This document shows, piece after piece, positions 13,088 through 25,325 of a stretch of 64,000 bases of DNA (within the stretch, counting starts at the first letter, position 1; the number at the start of each line of letters is the position of its first letter). The stretch is from Coniocarpon cinnabarinum. Taxonomy: Eukaryota. A program made the translations under genes and the position numbers. The notes beneath the pieces are model-generated. The model did not search any database, was not told the origin of the DNA, and saw only the letters and a list, made by a program, of their open reading frames with translations. The DNA is taken from positions 1 through 64,000 of the forward strand of contig JAVECO010000060.1 in NCBI GenBank assembly GCA_051942205.1, given 5' to 3'.

Positions 13088-14024
13088 CGGAGATGGTGGC
13101 AGATTGTGGAGAATGTTTCAGCGAGGCGTTTATGGGCGAGTCGAGTCGATTTGAATTTGAGGTCATTTGCGTATGGCCAACGCTTGTCAGAAGAAGAAGA
13201 GGGAGGCAGAGCATAGTCTGAAAGGGTTGGATAAAGGGAACTACCAAATTGCTAATTATTTGCATTGGACGCGGCGTCATGGGAAAGGATGAAGAACAGG
13301 AGCGGCATTGCCATTTCGTGGAAGCCATGCTGGTAAGGTTTGTACAGATTCTGGGAGACTGGCCGTGGTGAGTGTGAATGGAAGCATGGGAGCATGGAAG
13401 CGGGTACCTTAGGTAGCTGTCGATTGAGATAGACGAACCATACCATTGACGAGCAACCAACTACCTGACATCACCTCCGGTTCTCAGAGCGTTGTATCCT
13501 GAAACATGGACAATGTGAGGACAATCCACAATGCAGCACCCGCCATCCTCTGGGACTTGACGGCTCGCCAAAAGGGAGCAATGTTTTATGCTGCCCGCGT
13601 AGGATTGGGAGCATGGAGGACAGCGTGTTTGAGCGGGGTGGGTGGCGGACGCTCTCGGAACGCTAACCCAGTCGAGCGTCCACGGCACCGAGGTCCCGAA
13701 AATGCCAATACAGCCCCGCCAATCGCAGGCCGTACTACCGCTGCGCCAAGTCGACGCTTGCGCAGGTCAGCGGACACCAGTGGGACACCAGTGGGCGAAG
13801 AGGTGTGGGCGCGCCTGGGAGTTCTGGGCCTGACGCCGCGTTTGGTGCACAGTTGGTATGGATTTGTATGGATTTGTATGCGGCTGCATCACAATCTCCT
13901 GCTTTCACGTCGTCTGGCTCCTACGTCCTCCAAATACCCTCTACAGGTTCCTCCTCAGTGCCCTCTTCATCCCTCTCAAAACCCCTATCTTATTCTGTCA
14001 CTGAGCAAACACCTTTAATATCAG

Positions 14025-15824
14025 CCCCCAGACCTCCTCTCAGACCCCGCTGATCGGCGAGCCTCAGATCCTCAATCTCACCTCGCCAAACCCCATCCCG
14101 CACGCGATCCTCTTCCCAACCCTGAGACACCCGCATGCATCCAAGCTCTTAATCATCCCAACACCCACGTCCCGCCACGCACGGCTCTCGACCGCCTGGC
14201 CTCCCCATCTGCGACCAGCACCCGCCGTTCTTGTCAATCTCGCCCCACCACCTGGCCTCCTCAACGCGACCGCCAACTCCCCCAGCTGCCTATTACTCCC
14301 GAATGTGCTGAAGAGTATACGCCGACCTCTCAGCTGTTGCTTCCCTTTGTTAGCCATTTGCTGGAATACGCTCGTTTCGACTGGGGCGTCGCACTGAACG
14401 CCATGCGCGCCCCTGCCCGCCTTTTCGGCATTTCCCTCACTGTCTTCATTGCGCTCACTCTGATCCTGTCGCGGCTGGAATCCGAAACGGTCACGCGCAC
14501 GATCAACAAGTTCCCGAGCATCAAGCAGCAATGGCAGGCGCGGTCTGCTGCGATGCAATCGCATTTCTCGTCGAGCTCGTCGTCCACAGCCAATAACGCG
14601 GCGGCTTGTGATGTCGACGCCAAGGCTTGTGTGGAGCCGTACACGTCGCATGATGCGCCCGTGGATGAGAAGCCAAGGGATCAAACGGGAAAGGAGTATG
14701 AAAGTACGGAGGCGATGGAGCATAGCAAGGAGAAGAGGCCCAGTACCAAGGACAGAGATCGAGATAAAGATCGTGGATTCACGGACGCGGAGCAAGCGGC
14801 AGCCTTGGAGCGGTTAGAATTCAAGTACGGCGCTGAGGCCAAGGCGGACGATAGCAGTGTCCTCTGGATGGAGACGACGACCACACAGGCGTGGGGCGCG
14901 GGTCACACGACGGCCGTGACGACGGGTCTGGACTCGGAGGCAGAGAGAGCGCGGAAGATTCTGGGAGAAGAATATGGCGATCAAGGCCAGGAGGAAGCGA
15001 CGATGACAGGCAAGACAGGGACAGCGACCACGACCACGACAGGGCCGGACAGTGATGAAACCGAAAAGGGCTGGCGAACGACCGGTTTCGAGACGCGCGC
15101 GAAGAGTTCGCAGAAGAGCCTCATCAGCGGCGGCGGAGGCAACGGAACGGCAACAGGCACCGCAGCCATTGAAACAGGCGAGCTCATGGAAGAAGCAGTC
15201 GGAACCGCCGCGACCTTAACATCAACCGGCAAGACAGAAAAAACCCAAGCAGCTCAAGGTGCCAAAGTCACCAGTACCAAGCCCAAAGCTACGGGCAAGG
15301 GCAAAAACAAATGGGCCAAGAAACTAGGCGCTCTCGAAATCGAAGAAGTCGTCACAGAAGTGGTGATGCACACCACCGAGAAGTCCTTAAAGCCGACGCG
15401 ACGCCCCACCAAGGAGAAGCAGAAAGTGGTGGAGCACATTGTCGATGCTGCTGCTGCGGACGATGATGATGAGACAAGCAGCAAGACGACGCGAAGTTAT
15501 AGTGATACGGTCTCGGTTACGGATTCGACGACGACAAGCACCGCTGGACAGTCGAAAACGACGAAGTTGTCACTGGGCAGTTTGAAGGATAAGGGTGAAG
15601 TGGAGGAACAGCGCATGTGGCGGAATGCGGAGAGGCCTGCGCGAGCAAAGTTATTACCAACGACCACGACTTCTGACGAAGAAGAGCCTGAAGCGACGGC
15701 GACTGAGTCACTAGCCGATACGATAGTGGATGAATCGGATGTGAAAGCGGTCAAAGGTAAAGGCAAGTGGGCCAAGAAAATGAGACAAAAACAGTCGGAG
15801 ACGGGCGACGATGGATTACGGTGA
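14025..15824 (+). CDS. Hypothetical single-pass membrane protein with long Thr/Lys/Glu-rich low-complexity tail; 5' exon(s) uncertain
   Basis: The frame is open from 14019 to 15824. Candidate acceptor TATCAG ends at 14024 and an upstream donor GTATGG starts at 13856. Hydrophobic segment LFGISLTVFIALTLIL. No recognisable domain. Confidence 0.65.
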   Translation, partial: PPDLLSDPADRRASDPQSHLAKPHPARDPLPNPETPACIQALNHPNTHVPPRTALDRLASPSATSTRRSCQSRPTTWPPQRDRQLPQLPITPECAEEYTPTSQLLLPFVSHLLEYARFDWGVALNAMRAPARLFGISLTVFIALTLILSRLESETVTRTINKFPSIKQQWQARSAAMQSHFSSSSSSTANNAAACDVDAKACVEPYTSHDAPVDEKPRDQTGKEYESTEAMEHSKEKRPSTKDRDRDKDRGFTDAEQAAALERLEFKYGAEAKADDSSVLWMETTTTQAWGAGHTTAVTTGLDSEAERARKILGEEYGDQGQEEATMTGKTGTATTTTTGPDSDETEKGWRTTGFETRAKSSQKSLISGGGGNGTATGTAAIETGELMEEAVGTAATLTSTGKTEKTQAAQGAKVTSTKPKATGKGKNKWAKKLGALEIEEVVTEVVMHTTEKSLKPTRRPTKEKQKVVEHIVDAAAADDDDETSSKTTRSYSDTVSVTDSTTTSTAGQSKTTKLSLGSLKDKGEVEEQRMWRNAERPARAKLLPTTTTSDEEEPEATATESLADTIVDESDVKAVKGKGKWAKKMRQKQSETGDDGLR

Positions 15825-17416
15825 TGGGAGGGGATGACTGGTATTGATCAGTCATCTGAAGAAGAGAAAACGTTGTGAATACCTGAATGAGCGAATAGTA
15901 TACGATTTCCTTCGAGCGAGGATGAAACGTACAGGTTCATGGAATAGACGGCGTAATGAATAATGAGCACAGCTGGGGAAGTCTGTCAAGACAAGGCAGG
16001 ACTCAACGTGTATGAGGGATTGCGAGCTGAGAGTGACATGGATGATTGCAAGAACGGGGACCCGTTCATGACGCAGCGCTAAAGATAGCCGAGCCAACGT
16101 CAAGAAACTCGTCAACACCGTAACAGAAAAGTGATGAATATTCCTTGAATCCATCATCAACCCATAAAACTCGATCGATCTTGCCATCCAGCACTGAGAA
16201 GTCACAACTACAGGACCCAGCAGACGCCGCCCATTTTCACATGTATACATCAGCATCAATCCCTCGTATTCTGGTGTCGCTCCCTCACTCAAGTCCTTAT
16301 TCATCTTTCTACCTTTTCCCGTTTTTTGATAAGACTCACATGTCACACGTTTATGAGTTCAAGAGCCCTATGTAGTAGTGACTTACGAGTAAGAGAGACG
16401 GTCACGCAATCAGATGGACGGACGCGACGGGAGACGGGTGGGTTACGGTATAAATGTCGTAATGAATAATGACCGTGGCGGTCTAGCTCTGACTGAACTG
16501 AGAGGAGCAAGCAACTCAGTCATGGAAGACTTGGTGCTTCACGCCGATAGATGGATATCGTCTTAATCAACGCATCGAAACAGGCCGAATGGGCTGTAAG
16601 TGTATCGACAGTGGCAAAGACCTTGAGAGCTTACAAGCGAAAAGTACAAGTACTGAAAGCAATATAGGTCTCTGACACCTATCTGTTCTCAATTTATTTC
16701 TCTCTTCAAGTACAACGCTTCGTCCCCTGTATGATTGTTAAGCAGATGCGTCTCTGGCCTTTGCGGCCTCTTGCTCTTAAAAAGGTCAGAGGAGTTTCAA
16801 AGCGCGAAATTCCTCGTGCTCTCTGATTCTTAATGAAACTCCTGTCACTCTCGAAGCCGTAGAGCTTCATTGCCTATTCCTTCCAGACTTTCAGTGCCGG
16901 AAAGTTGCTCGATGGACGTATATGCTTGTCTAGAACATGGAACCGTGCTATGTATACTCGTTTTAATTGGAGCTTTGAAGCATGATCCACCCCGCGGCAA
17001 GTTTCGACAACAGATGCAGCATACAGCACCTAATATCCAACAACGAGCTTAGGTAACGTATTGTCCACGCGCGCGAAGCATCCGCGTAGTGTCACGTCGA
17101 TGCATCCTGAAGCCACGATGAAATCTCCCAAACTACAGTGAAATCTTTCGAATATGTGCAAGGCCATGTCACGAACGCTTCGTTGACATTGCGAAGCTGA
17201 GTCCTGAGCAAGCACGAAGACGTAGCGTGGCAGTGTATGATGGCATCCAGTCTTGGTCCGCTACCGGGTCGAGAACGTTTAGAGTGCGTTCACGATTCAG
17301 GAGCGTCCTCAGTCAGGGCGTTCGTAGTGAATGGGGCTCACTGTTAGAGGAGTTGAAGAGTCAGAGCTTGTGAATGGTTAGGGAGTGTTTGTAGATAAGA
17401 GAGTGTGCATAATGAG

Positions 17417-17501
17417 AGGGCGTTCCTAGTTAGCAAGCGTTCCGAGTCAGAACACGTTCCTAGTCAGAGAGCGTTCCCGTTCAGAAAGCCTTCCCACGCA
17501 G
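17417..17501. repeat. Imperfect tandem repeat, 5 x 17 bp (core CGTTCC...CAG)
   Basis: The core recurs at 17421, 17438, 17455, 17472 and 17489 (last copy CCTTCC), with an exact period of 17. Confidence 0.85.
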
Positions 17502-17635
17502 AAGAGTAGGAACGCTTGTCGCAGGAATACCGAGCTTCTGACGCGAATCCGCCTTCAGCATTAACCGAACATCCTGAAGAAGATTAGAGCGTACAGAGAT
17601 GCTCCCGAGGCGATCACGCCGACCAGCAGGCGAGC

Positions 17636-18054
17636 CAGAGTCTCGATACACATACTCTTGAAACACAGAACAGAGTCTCGATACACAGAAGCGAGCGGTG
17701 ACATCGGTCTGCACCATCACAAGCGTCCGCGAAATTTCCATTAGAGGAAGTAAATGACAGCAAATCGCCAAGAACATCTGCGAAATTTCCATCACGGGGC
17801 GTGAATGATAGAGAATTGCCCGTCTTCCTAACAGTTGAGGGCACATTTGAGGGCACGGAGGTACATTTGAGGGCTACGATCCTTTAGCGCGCCTCCTGAT
17901 TATCCACCAGGGCGACCTCTTCCACGCTAAAATCACGCACTATCTAACTCATGCCAGCGCGTCCGTGCTCAGGCCTTTCCCTTTCGCATGCAGCACGGCG
18001 TTCCCCCCTTCCAGAGATATCCTGTCACACATTTGAGGGCACGCAGGTACATTT
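17636..18054. repeat. Dispersed short direct-repeat pairs
   Basis: CAGAGTCTCGATACACA at 17636 and 17671 (exact). GCGAAATTTCCAT at 17729 and 17780. CACATTTGAGGGCACG(G/C)AGGTACATTT at 17842 and 18028 (27 bp, 1 mismatch). TTGAGGGC occurs 4 times. Confidence 0.85.
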
Positions 18055-18217
18055 AAACCATGACGCCTAACTGGAACGTCCGAAGGCGCCTTGGGCAAAG
18101 ATCGGCTGCCTCTCATTCGACCATTTGTCGCATCCACGTAATGTTCCTGGCTGGAGGCCCGCTGATTCGACCCCTTATGCGCAAGTGTGCGTATCAGCTT
18201 GGTGCTTGTTTGCCTGC

Positions 18218-18268
18218 GGCTTGCTTCGGGGGCTTGCTTCGAGGGCTTGCTTTGAGGGTTTGTCTTCA
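18218..18268. repeat. Imperfect tandem repeat, ~4 x 13 bp (GGCTTGCTTCGAG)
   Basis: Units start at 18218, 18231, 18244 and 18257. Confidence 0.8.
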
Positions 18269-20375
18269 TGATGGATGAGCACTGCCTGGAAATAAAAGCC
18301 TGGGTCTTTTCCGTGGTTTGACATGTTCTCTTACTCTTGCAAAGCCTTTGGTGCTTGAGCATTGATACCTCGACTTCTATTCGTAATCGCGATTTTTTCA
18401 ATCCTCGCGTCATTTGATAACGCCGTTGCTCTTGAGCATCTCTCTTGGCCAATACGTCGGCGGTCTTGAGCTATTTCTAACCAGCTCATCGGTCCTATAC
18501 AGCTCTAGGCAGTCAGTTGTCAGGCTTGAGCCACCCATATCACGTCAGAGGTCGCAGCAGGACGTACAGATGCAGGCCTCCGATGGTGCAGACAATGAAC
18601 CAGGCGTACCAGTCCTTCGTGCTTCATTCGGTGCCCCAGCCATGGTCCGTGGACGTCTTGCAATCCGAGTTGCAGTATGCATCCCGCTCCCTCAAGCTGA
18701 GATCACGCAGGCGAGTAACATGTGCTTCTAGATCCGAACGTCGTCGCCCTTCACCATCCCCTACTCCATCCAAATCACAGTAGATCTACTTCTGCGGTCA
18801 ACTCCGTGAGCGTTGCCATGGTAAGTATGTCGTTGTTGTGAGAGCATAGCTAACGCTTAGCTGATACCTTTGAACTTCAGTATTGGCGACTTCACGACGC
18901 ATGTCTTCTGTTGGACCCAGATGCTCGAATGTCTTCGCTGCGGGTCTTGATGACCGGAGAAATACGAGATCGGGTCTGATCGACGACGGTGCTCTCATCT
19001 CCTTCGCCTACATAGATGACTTGTTCAATATTTCTACTCATCAATGTGATCTATATCGTGCTGTCACAAAAGAAACCCCTTCGAAGCTTCTTGATATTGC
19101 CATCGTTTTACTTGGAAGTCCCATTTGACTGCGTGCTCTGCTAGCCCTTGAAGGGGATATCATCAGAGGTATAAGACTAGAAACGTATAGCTTACTTGTG
19201 AAGCTTTGCGCATTATTCACCGATGTCAGGAACAATGCAGCATGTCATCTTCAACGCTCACCTGGGTCACGACCTCGCCGTCAGCGAGCACGGAGATGAG
19301 ATGTCGTCGCTTCTGTCAGTTCTGCTCTAGCTCATTCTTGACGCTTGCCGCAGTGGGCATTCACTTCGTCTTCGAGAGATTGCAAGTATACCAAAGCTTC
19401 GTCACCGCTTTGCCACTTGCGCAGATCAGATATGACTGTGCATTTCATATGCCTAAGCTGATGTCTTTACGTCCAAAAAGCTGCAACAACGGCGGTAGCT
19501 CCTCCGAGTAGGCTTGCAGTGTGGCATGACGAGAGGTGGCGCAGTTCAATGAAGTTGCAGTCACGTGTTCTGAGAAGAGTCGCCGCCGCGAATCCTTTCA
19601 GAGAGAGACAGGCTTGCCGCGTAACGTGAATCTTCGCATGATCATACGAGTGCCAGCAATTGTCAATGAAGGTATGCAGTCATACTTGCTGATGTCTCTC
19701 AGTCTGGATGCTGCGGTCAAAGCTTAGACAGCAAGTACGGCTGCCGCTGGAATGACGCGTGAATGAGAGGTGAGCCCAAGTTGTATTCAACAGCTATAAG
19801 TATGTCGATAACAAGATCCTGTAAGCGTATGACATTCTCTGTCGAATGCGACTCGCACCACGAGTAGATGGTGAGTGCTGGGATCACCGTTCATCGACGC
19901 GCTAAAAATTGTCACGTGCTCGCCAAGCCTGACAGATGGTCTTTGAGGCTCTGCCGCCAACTGTAAGAATGAAGGTGTGCACCTCCCACACATGCACACT
20001 GGTAGAAGAGACAAGAATAAAGTAGTGATGAAGAGGCTACAGACGGAATCGTTTGTGTTCTTGTAGATCTTGGAAATTCACCAAAAGTATTAGGCTAGTA
20101 TATCGTCCTCTAGATGCGTTGTTTTATGATGCACCTTTCTTTGAGGCCTCCTCGACGCCGATAGTCAAGTCATGCGGGACCCTGCACGCATGCTTCCCCT
20201 CTGTCCTCCATTTGCCTATGCGTCTCAGATCCGACATCTGCCTCGCTTTTTGAGTATAGTAGGAGGATGCATCAAACACGCTTAATTTTGAACTGGATTA
20301 TCGCCCTTATAGCTGTTCCCTTGTTCCGCAGAAATTCTCTTCATAAATTGGGTTGTCTCGTGTTTGAGCCATTGC

Positions 20376-21155
20376 TCACAGGAAGCCCAGGAAGCCCAAA
20401 AAGCCAGCCAGACCAAGCATCGCCCCAGCATTGACACCAGCTCTGGGTGCCGCTAGACCAGTGTACATAGCAGCAGGCGTAGCAGCAGGAGTGGGTGTCA
20501 TAACGGGTGGCGGCATTGGTGTTATCAGGGGTCTGCTGGAGGTCGAGATCGAGCTTGATGTCTCGGGGCATACGGAAGTTGTGACTGTTGTTGGTGGTGC
20601 CACGACAGTGGTAATCATCGGTTGCGGCGTCATTGGCGTTGCCGCTGGCGTTGCTCCTGTGCCTGCCCCGTTCGACGTAGATGCTCCAGCCGGCCCAATT
20701 GCGCCACCGTTTGAGGTCTGAGCAGCATGGACACTTGAGTAGGACTGGAGTTGTGACATGAGTGAGCTACGCTCTTCAGGGTCGGATATCGTCGAGGCGT
20801 CGGAATACCATGATTTGAGTTGAGTCCAGTCATAGGCAGGGTTGATGTGGGGATGGTCAGATTCGAATGAGTGCCACGCCGCGGCGACGTTTGTGTGGAT
20901 GTAATGGGCATCTGCTGAAAGACCGGTGACGGGCCCAGCGGTCTTGATTCTCGAACCTAGTGAGGTGCCAAAACTCTTAATTTTGCTGCCGCCGTAGTCG
21001 AAGTCGGATTTGACGCCCTGTACGTGAGAGTTGCTTCCGACTTGATCGAAAGCATCGCCAACCGGATTGTAGGGAAGGTCAGCGCGTGCGAGAGGTGGGA
21101 GGAGAGGCAAGACAAGAAGGAGAGGGAGAGTGCTCGGATGCACCAAATTGAACAT
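20376..21155 (-). CDS. Secreted, probably GPI-anchored Ser/Thr/Pro-rich cell-surface protein
   Basis: N-terminal signal peptide (LPLLLVLPLLPPLARA-D), S/T/P-rich stalk and C-terminal YTGLAAPRAGVNAGAMLGLAGFLGFLGFL, typical of a GPI signal. Confidence 0.8.
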   Translation of the reverse strand: MFNLVHPSTLPLLLVLPLLPPLARADLPYNPVGDAFDQVGSNSHVQGVKSDFDYGGSKIKSFGTSLGSRIKTAGPVTGLSADAHYIHTNVAAAWHSFESDHPHINPAYDWTQLKSWYSDASTISDPEERSSLMSQLQSYSSVHAAQTSNGGAIGPAGASTSNGAGTGATPAATPMTPQPMITTVVAPPTTVTTSVCPETSSSISTSSRPLITPMPPPVMTPTPAATPAAMYTGLAAPRAGVNAGAMLGLAGFLGFLGFL

Positions 21156-23906
21156 GGTGATGTGTTGAGCGAGTCTGTTGTTCCTAGTATATTTTTCAAG
21201 GACGCTTGAATGAAAGAAACACGGCCAAGAAGACCGAGATGGCCAAGGAAACGATCAATCAAGCAATCAGCAGGCCAAACGATCGAGCGTACTGACGTTG
21301 CTTGGGAGCGAATGAAGCGGAAAGCAATGATTGCAGAAAGGAAAGAGAGCTAAGAAATAATGGAGGCAAAAATGGTGGGAAGGACAGATCGTGTTCGCAC
21401 AGTTGTTCGGAAGGGCAATGCTCAGGGATTTGTACGCCGCAACGGACAGGTTGGCTCGTTCTGCGACCCGACTCTGATGTGCTGAATATAGCGACGGCTG
21501 CGTTCGTCATTGCTGGCTGGATCTAGAGGGCCGGCAAGTTCAGTTTTGAAACGTGGCAGGTGGACGGGACGGATCCAACAAACGTGTCCCCTTTCGCGAA
21601 CCAACCGCTCCTCATAAGCTGACCATTAGCACGATTTGACTGACAGCAGACGAATAAGCTTCATGGTTCCATGTCGGCGCCTGAATGACTTCCATCAACT
21701 CGACATTTGAATGGTTTGAAGATCGAAAGGTTATTGACAAGTCGTCTTGGCGGCTTGGCGATACCGCTATATAAGGCATACCGTGATAGTCACTATGCCC
21801 TTACCTATCGATAGTTGCCATTCTCGTCCTTCGGGTTCTTGCGGATCACGTGTTGATCTTAAGCCCCCAAGTCCAGACGTCCCGCGGAACACTTGATCCT
21901 TCAACTCACACGCTGGGGAATAACAGGTCACCGGCCGTCTTCGACTGTCGAGTCGCAACCCTACAAATAAAGAGCTGTGGGGTTGCGTCCTCGCTTCGTC
22001 TGCTCCTGGTGTCTACGTCCGGTTGCCGATGAGAATGATTGTTTCAGCAAATCCGCACAGTTGAATTTTGCTGTAAGCCATAGAATAAGACTTTGGTTTT
22101 GCCGTCGATGATGTTCGTCTCGCGATCTCGATTCACCACGATCTCACTACTGCAACATCACATTCGTTGGTCCTCGCCATCCGTGATCCGCAGCGGCCCG
22201 CAGAGGTCGCGTGGTGGGCTCGAACACATGTCGCAGGTGTCTTCCATCGGATCGAGCCCGTTAATGTAGCCCCTCGGCCTTGACGATAACCTTTCCAGCC
22301 GAAAACGGGTCTTTTCATCATTATGGCTGAGTTAAATGAGGACATCCCATGCCCATACTCGAACGTGCTTGCTTAGACGTTGGCTTGCCTCATCGGTCTC
22401 ATTGCGAACAACGTAACGCAAAGCCTGTCCTGTCCGTCATCCATTGTCTTGCGCTCGTGTCATCGGACTGTAAACCTCGATGGCAGCAGGCCCAATGCTG
22501 CTTAGTCGTGCAAGCGCTTCTTAACAGAGTGTCCGGCCGGTATTGAAACTCCAAATATGCAAAGGTGGTGACCTTGCTCTTTGTACATAAGCATTACCGT
22601 ATCATTTCGGAGGCTCAAACAAAGCTTGCCAATAAACCAAAAGCATTCGCAGGTGCGACTTTGCTCTCCAATTCACTTTTCTGCGACATGCACACATGAA
22701 TGAGGTAACATCTACATGAGATTAAAAGATGGAAAATTTTGCTATTTCGCGCATCAAGGTACCCGTCCGCAGGTGTACTGTCACATTTCTTTTGTGTACA
22801 AGCAAGAGAAGTCTGCAAAGCTGGCTGGCTGCGCGGGTGTTTGACATGACTGGCCAATCAACACCGCGAGTGATGGAGCAGTAAGTCGGACTTGCGTCCG
22901 ACCCACTCAACCTCACGTCGGACAACGCTAGGGTTGAAGGCGCCCAATCAGTAACCATGTCGCGGCCACTAGTAGGGGCTTAGTACGCCTGCACGCTGTG
23001 GCCGCTCCGAGTATCCTTAGCTCATGCCTCATGATGTCTGATAACGAACTTCAAGCCTTTGCCAGCGCTTTGATACATGTGTGTCTAAAGGCATCGCGCT
23101 TACTGCATAGGCTCTCGAATTCGTCTTGTTTAAATTGTGACACGAGAATGTGAGGTGCTCCTCGTGCGATAGGAAGTAGCATTTCCCGCTGCAATCAGTC
23201 GGTGTTTGCAAAGCCCGTCCTGTAGCAGGTTTCACCAGGCCATCGTGCGTACCCGCGGCTCATTACAGATTGACAGCGGGCCAACGTTGGCGTTCTTTGC
23301 AGGATTCGTGCGGCTACCCACAGCGTTTCCTTTATTTAGACTACCAGCATTTGAGATTCTGTTGCAGGTGAGACTCAGATAGAACATTGAACCCAGGGGC
23401 TTTGAAGGTTTCATCTACATTAGAATTAGTTCAAGTGCTAGTCCACCATTGAGTGCCTCTAGGCAAGTTCACAATGGCGCCTCCACATGTGGTGTGTACA
23501 GTAAACTCAGCATCCTTGCTCAAAGTTGTGACTCAAACTTTTGTGATTTCCTTGCCTTGTCTTAATCACCAAGTTCATGATTTTGTAACGCCGAAATTGC
23601 ACGGAAAGGTACGATAGAAGCTTTCGAGTAAGTGGATGAGAAGCTCAATCCCAGCATGATTCCAAAATGAGATCATCGCACTCAATGAACGGCATTGCAG
23701 CCGGCATGAGGATCGGAAATCATGCAAACAAAATTTTGTGAAGGGCTGGGTGAGAAAGCCCCATGATGACGGTGAGCAGCCGTCCAAAAAGCTTTCGGAA
23801 AGCAATTTGAATGGCAACCGAAAACCGACCCCAATCTCTTTTTCCATTCGCCAACATTCATTTGGTATCATTCCCGTGGACTGGTTCAAAACGATGCGGT
23901 CGCAAA

Positions 23907-25325
23907 TTACCGCCGATGAAACCTTGCTGCGGACCGCGAATCATTGAGCGGTGAGACGGACTCCGAGTGCGAAGAATGGTGATTGATGCTAGTCATGGCA
24001 TTTGTGCGAGCGTGGGGATCGGAGGAGGCATTGACATGGGCCGGCACATAGCTCATATCATAGCCATATGCATTTGGCTCTTGAGTGCTGTAATGCGTTT
24101 GGTAGCCGGGATTGCTATGTGCGGTTGGTGTAGGCGCATCATGCTCAGAGTATGCAGGACGACCAACAACGCCCTGTGCGACTGGTGCGTTGTTCGTCTG
24201 CGCACCATAATGCAAATCTGGACTCAAATTCGGTGCCAATTGTGCCAGTGTTGGAAGAACTGTGTTTCTAGAGCCAGCGTTCAATGTGCTCGCTTCGGCA
24301 CTCACTCTGCCATAGGGGCAACTCGGCTGGTGCTGTGACGCCGTCACAGAGACTTGATAGTTATTGCTGTTCCAAGAATGTTGTGCACAGTTTGTCGGGG
24401 CCGTGGGTGAGATCAAACTTGGTCCCTGAGACGCTGAAGCCGGATGACGTGTGAAAACAGGCGCTGGCAGTTGCCGATCGTGTTGGAAAGGTGTTACCGT
24501 GCTCTGATACATCATTGAGGGTTGATTGCTATGGTTGTGTAGATATCCCTCAATTGAACTGCCACTGTATCCGAATGGCATTGGACTTTGTGTCTCTTGC
24601 GGAATGTGGCCAGAATATTGCGAGTACGTGTTGCTGCCTGGTTGTTGATTGGTATTATTTCCTTCATTCCCGTTGACTGAGAAATGGCCATATCCTGAAG
24701 ATTCAGCCGGCGTCGAGAAACCAGATGTGTGGCGTGAGAAATTTGTGGCCATTCCTTCGCTATTCGCAGCATCCCATCCTATGGCGGTTGACGCAACCTA
24801 TGTCAAATTGGTCAGCGGACCCATCGCGCATTGGATATCCGATGCCTTACGCGATGGAAGTTACACTCCTGTGCATCTGTTCCCGTACCAAGACAATTTT
24901 GACAAGGCCCACCATTTATGCTTCCACTGCATTTTATCTTACGACGGCGGCAGCGAGTACACTGCCGATGTTTATCAGTAGACCCGTCGTAACTGAAAGT
25001 GCAGTGTAATGTTGCTGCAGTGGGTGTGCTTATGTACTGACCGCAACCGCCGTTCGACGCCTCCCACGATCTCCATCGTGCTCTGTGACGCCCGACTCGT
25101 ACCTGGAATATGAATCGGAGTGGTAACTTATTTCACTGGGGCTGTATGATGATGTGTGATGTCCAGTATACGGGAAACTGTCATGGAGGGTGTGCTGTCC
25201 GCTCACACGCGGATAGTAGGTGGAGGTATTCTGACGACTTGAGTCATTGCTGCACACACGAGATCAGTGTTGCATTCGGTAATTAACACAGACGTTGGGA
25301 AGGCTTACCTCTGGTTCAGATTCAT
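23907..25325 (-). CDS. Zn(II)2Cys6 binuclear-cluster transcription factor, 4 exons
   Basis: ATG 25325; introns 25308-25250, 25041-24962 and 24850-24798. Exon 3 encodes CTRCRRRKIKCSGSINGGPCQNCLGTGTDAQECNFHR, preceded by RRRTAVA. It splices in frame to the S/Q/Y/H-rich ORF 24752-23907. Confidence 0.9.

Noticed and set aside
17835..18040. TTGAGGG as interstitial telomere repeats
   Set aside because: Not TTAGGG and not tandemly arrayed.
17417..18054. CRISPR-like repeat/spacer array
   Set aside because: The repeats are contiguous degenerate tandems or isolated pairs, with no constant repeat separated by unique spacers. The context is eukaryotic and there are no cas genes.
17949..18452. 167-aa basic ORF as a transposase C-terminus
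   Set aside because: No DDE, HTH or zinc-knuckle motif is visible, and it crosses a 13-bp-period tandem repeat, which argues against coding.
22080..22285. Protein-like plus-strand frame (…DDVRLAISIHHDL…EVAWWARTHVAG…)
   Set aside because: Short, with no start or consistent exon chain found and no recognisable family.
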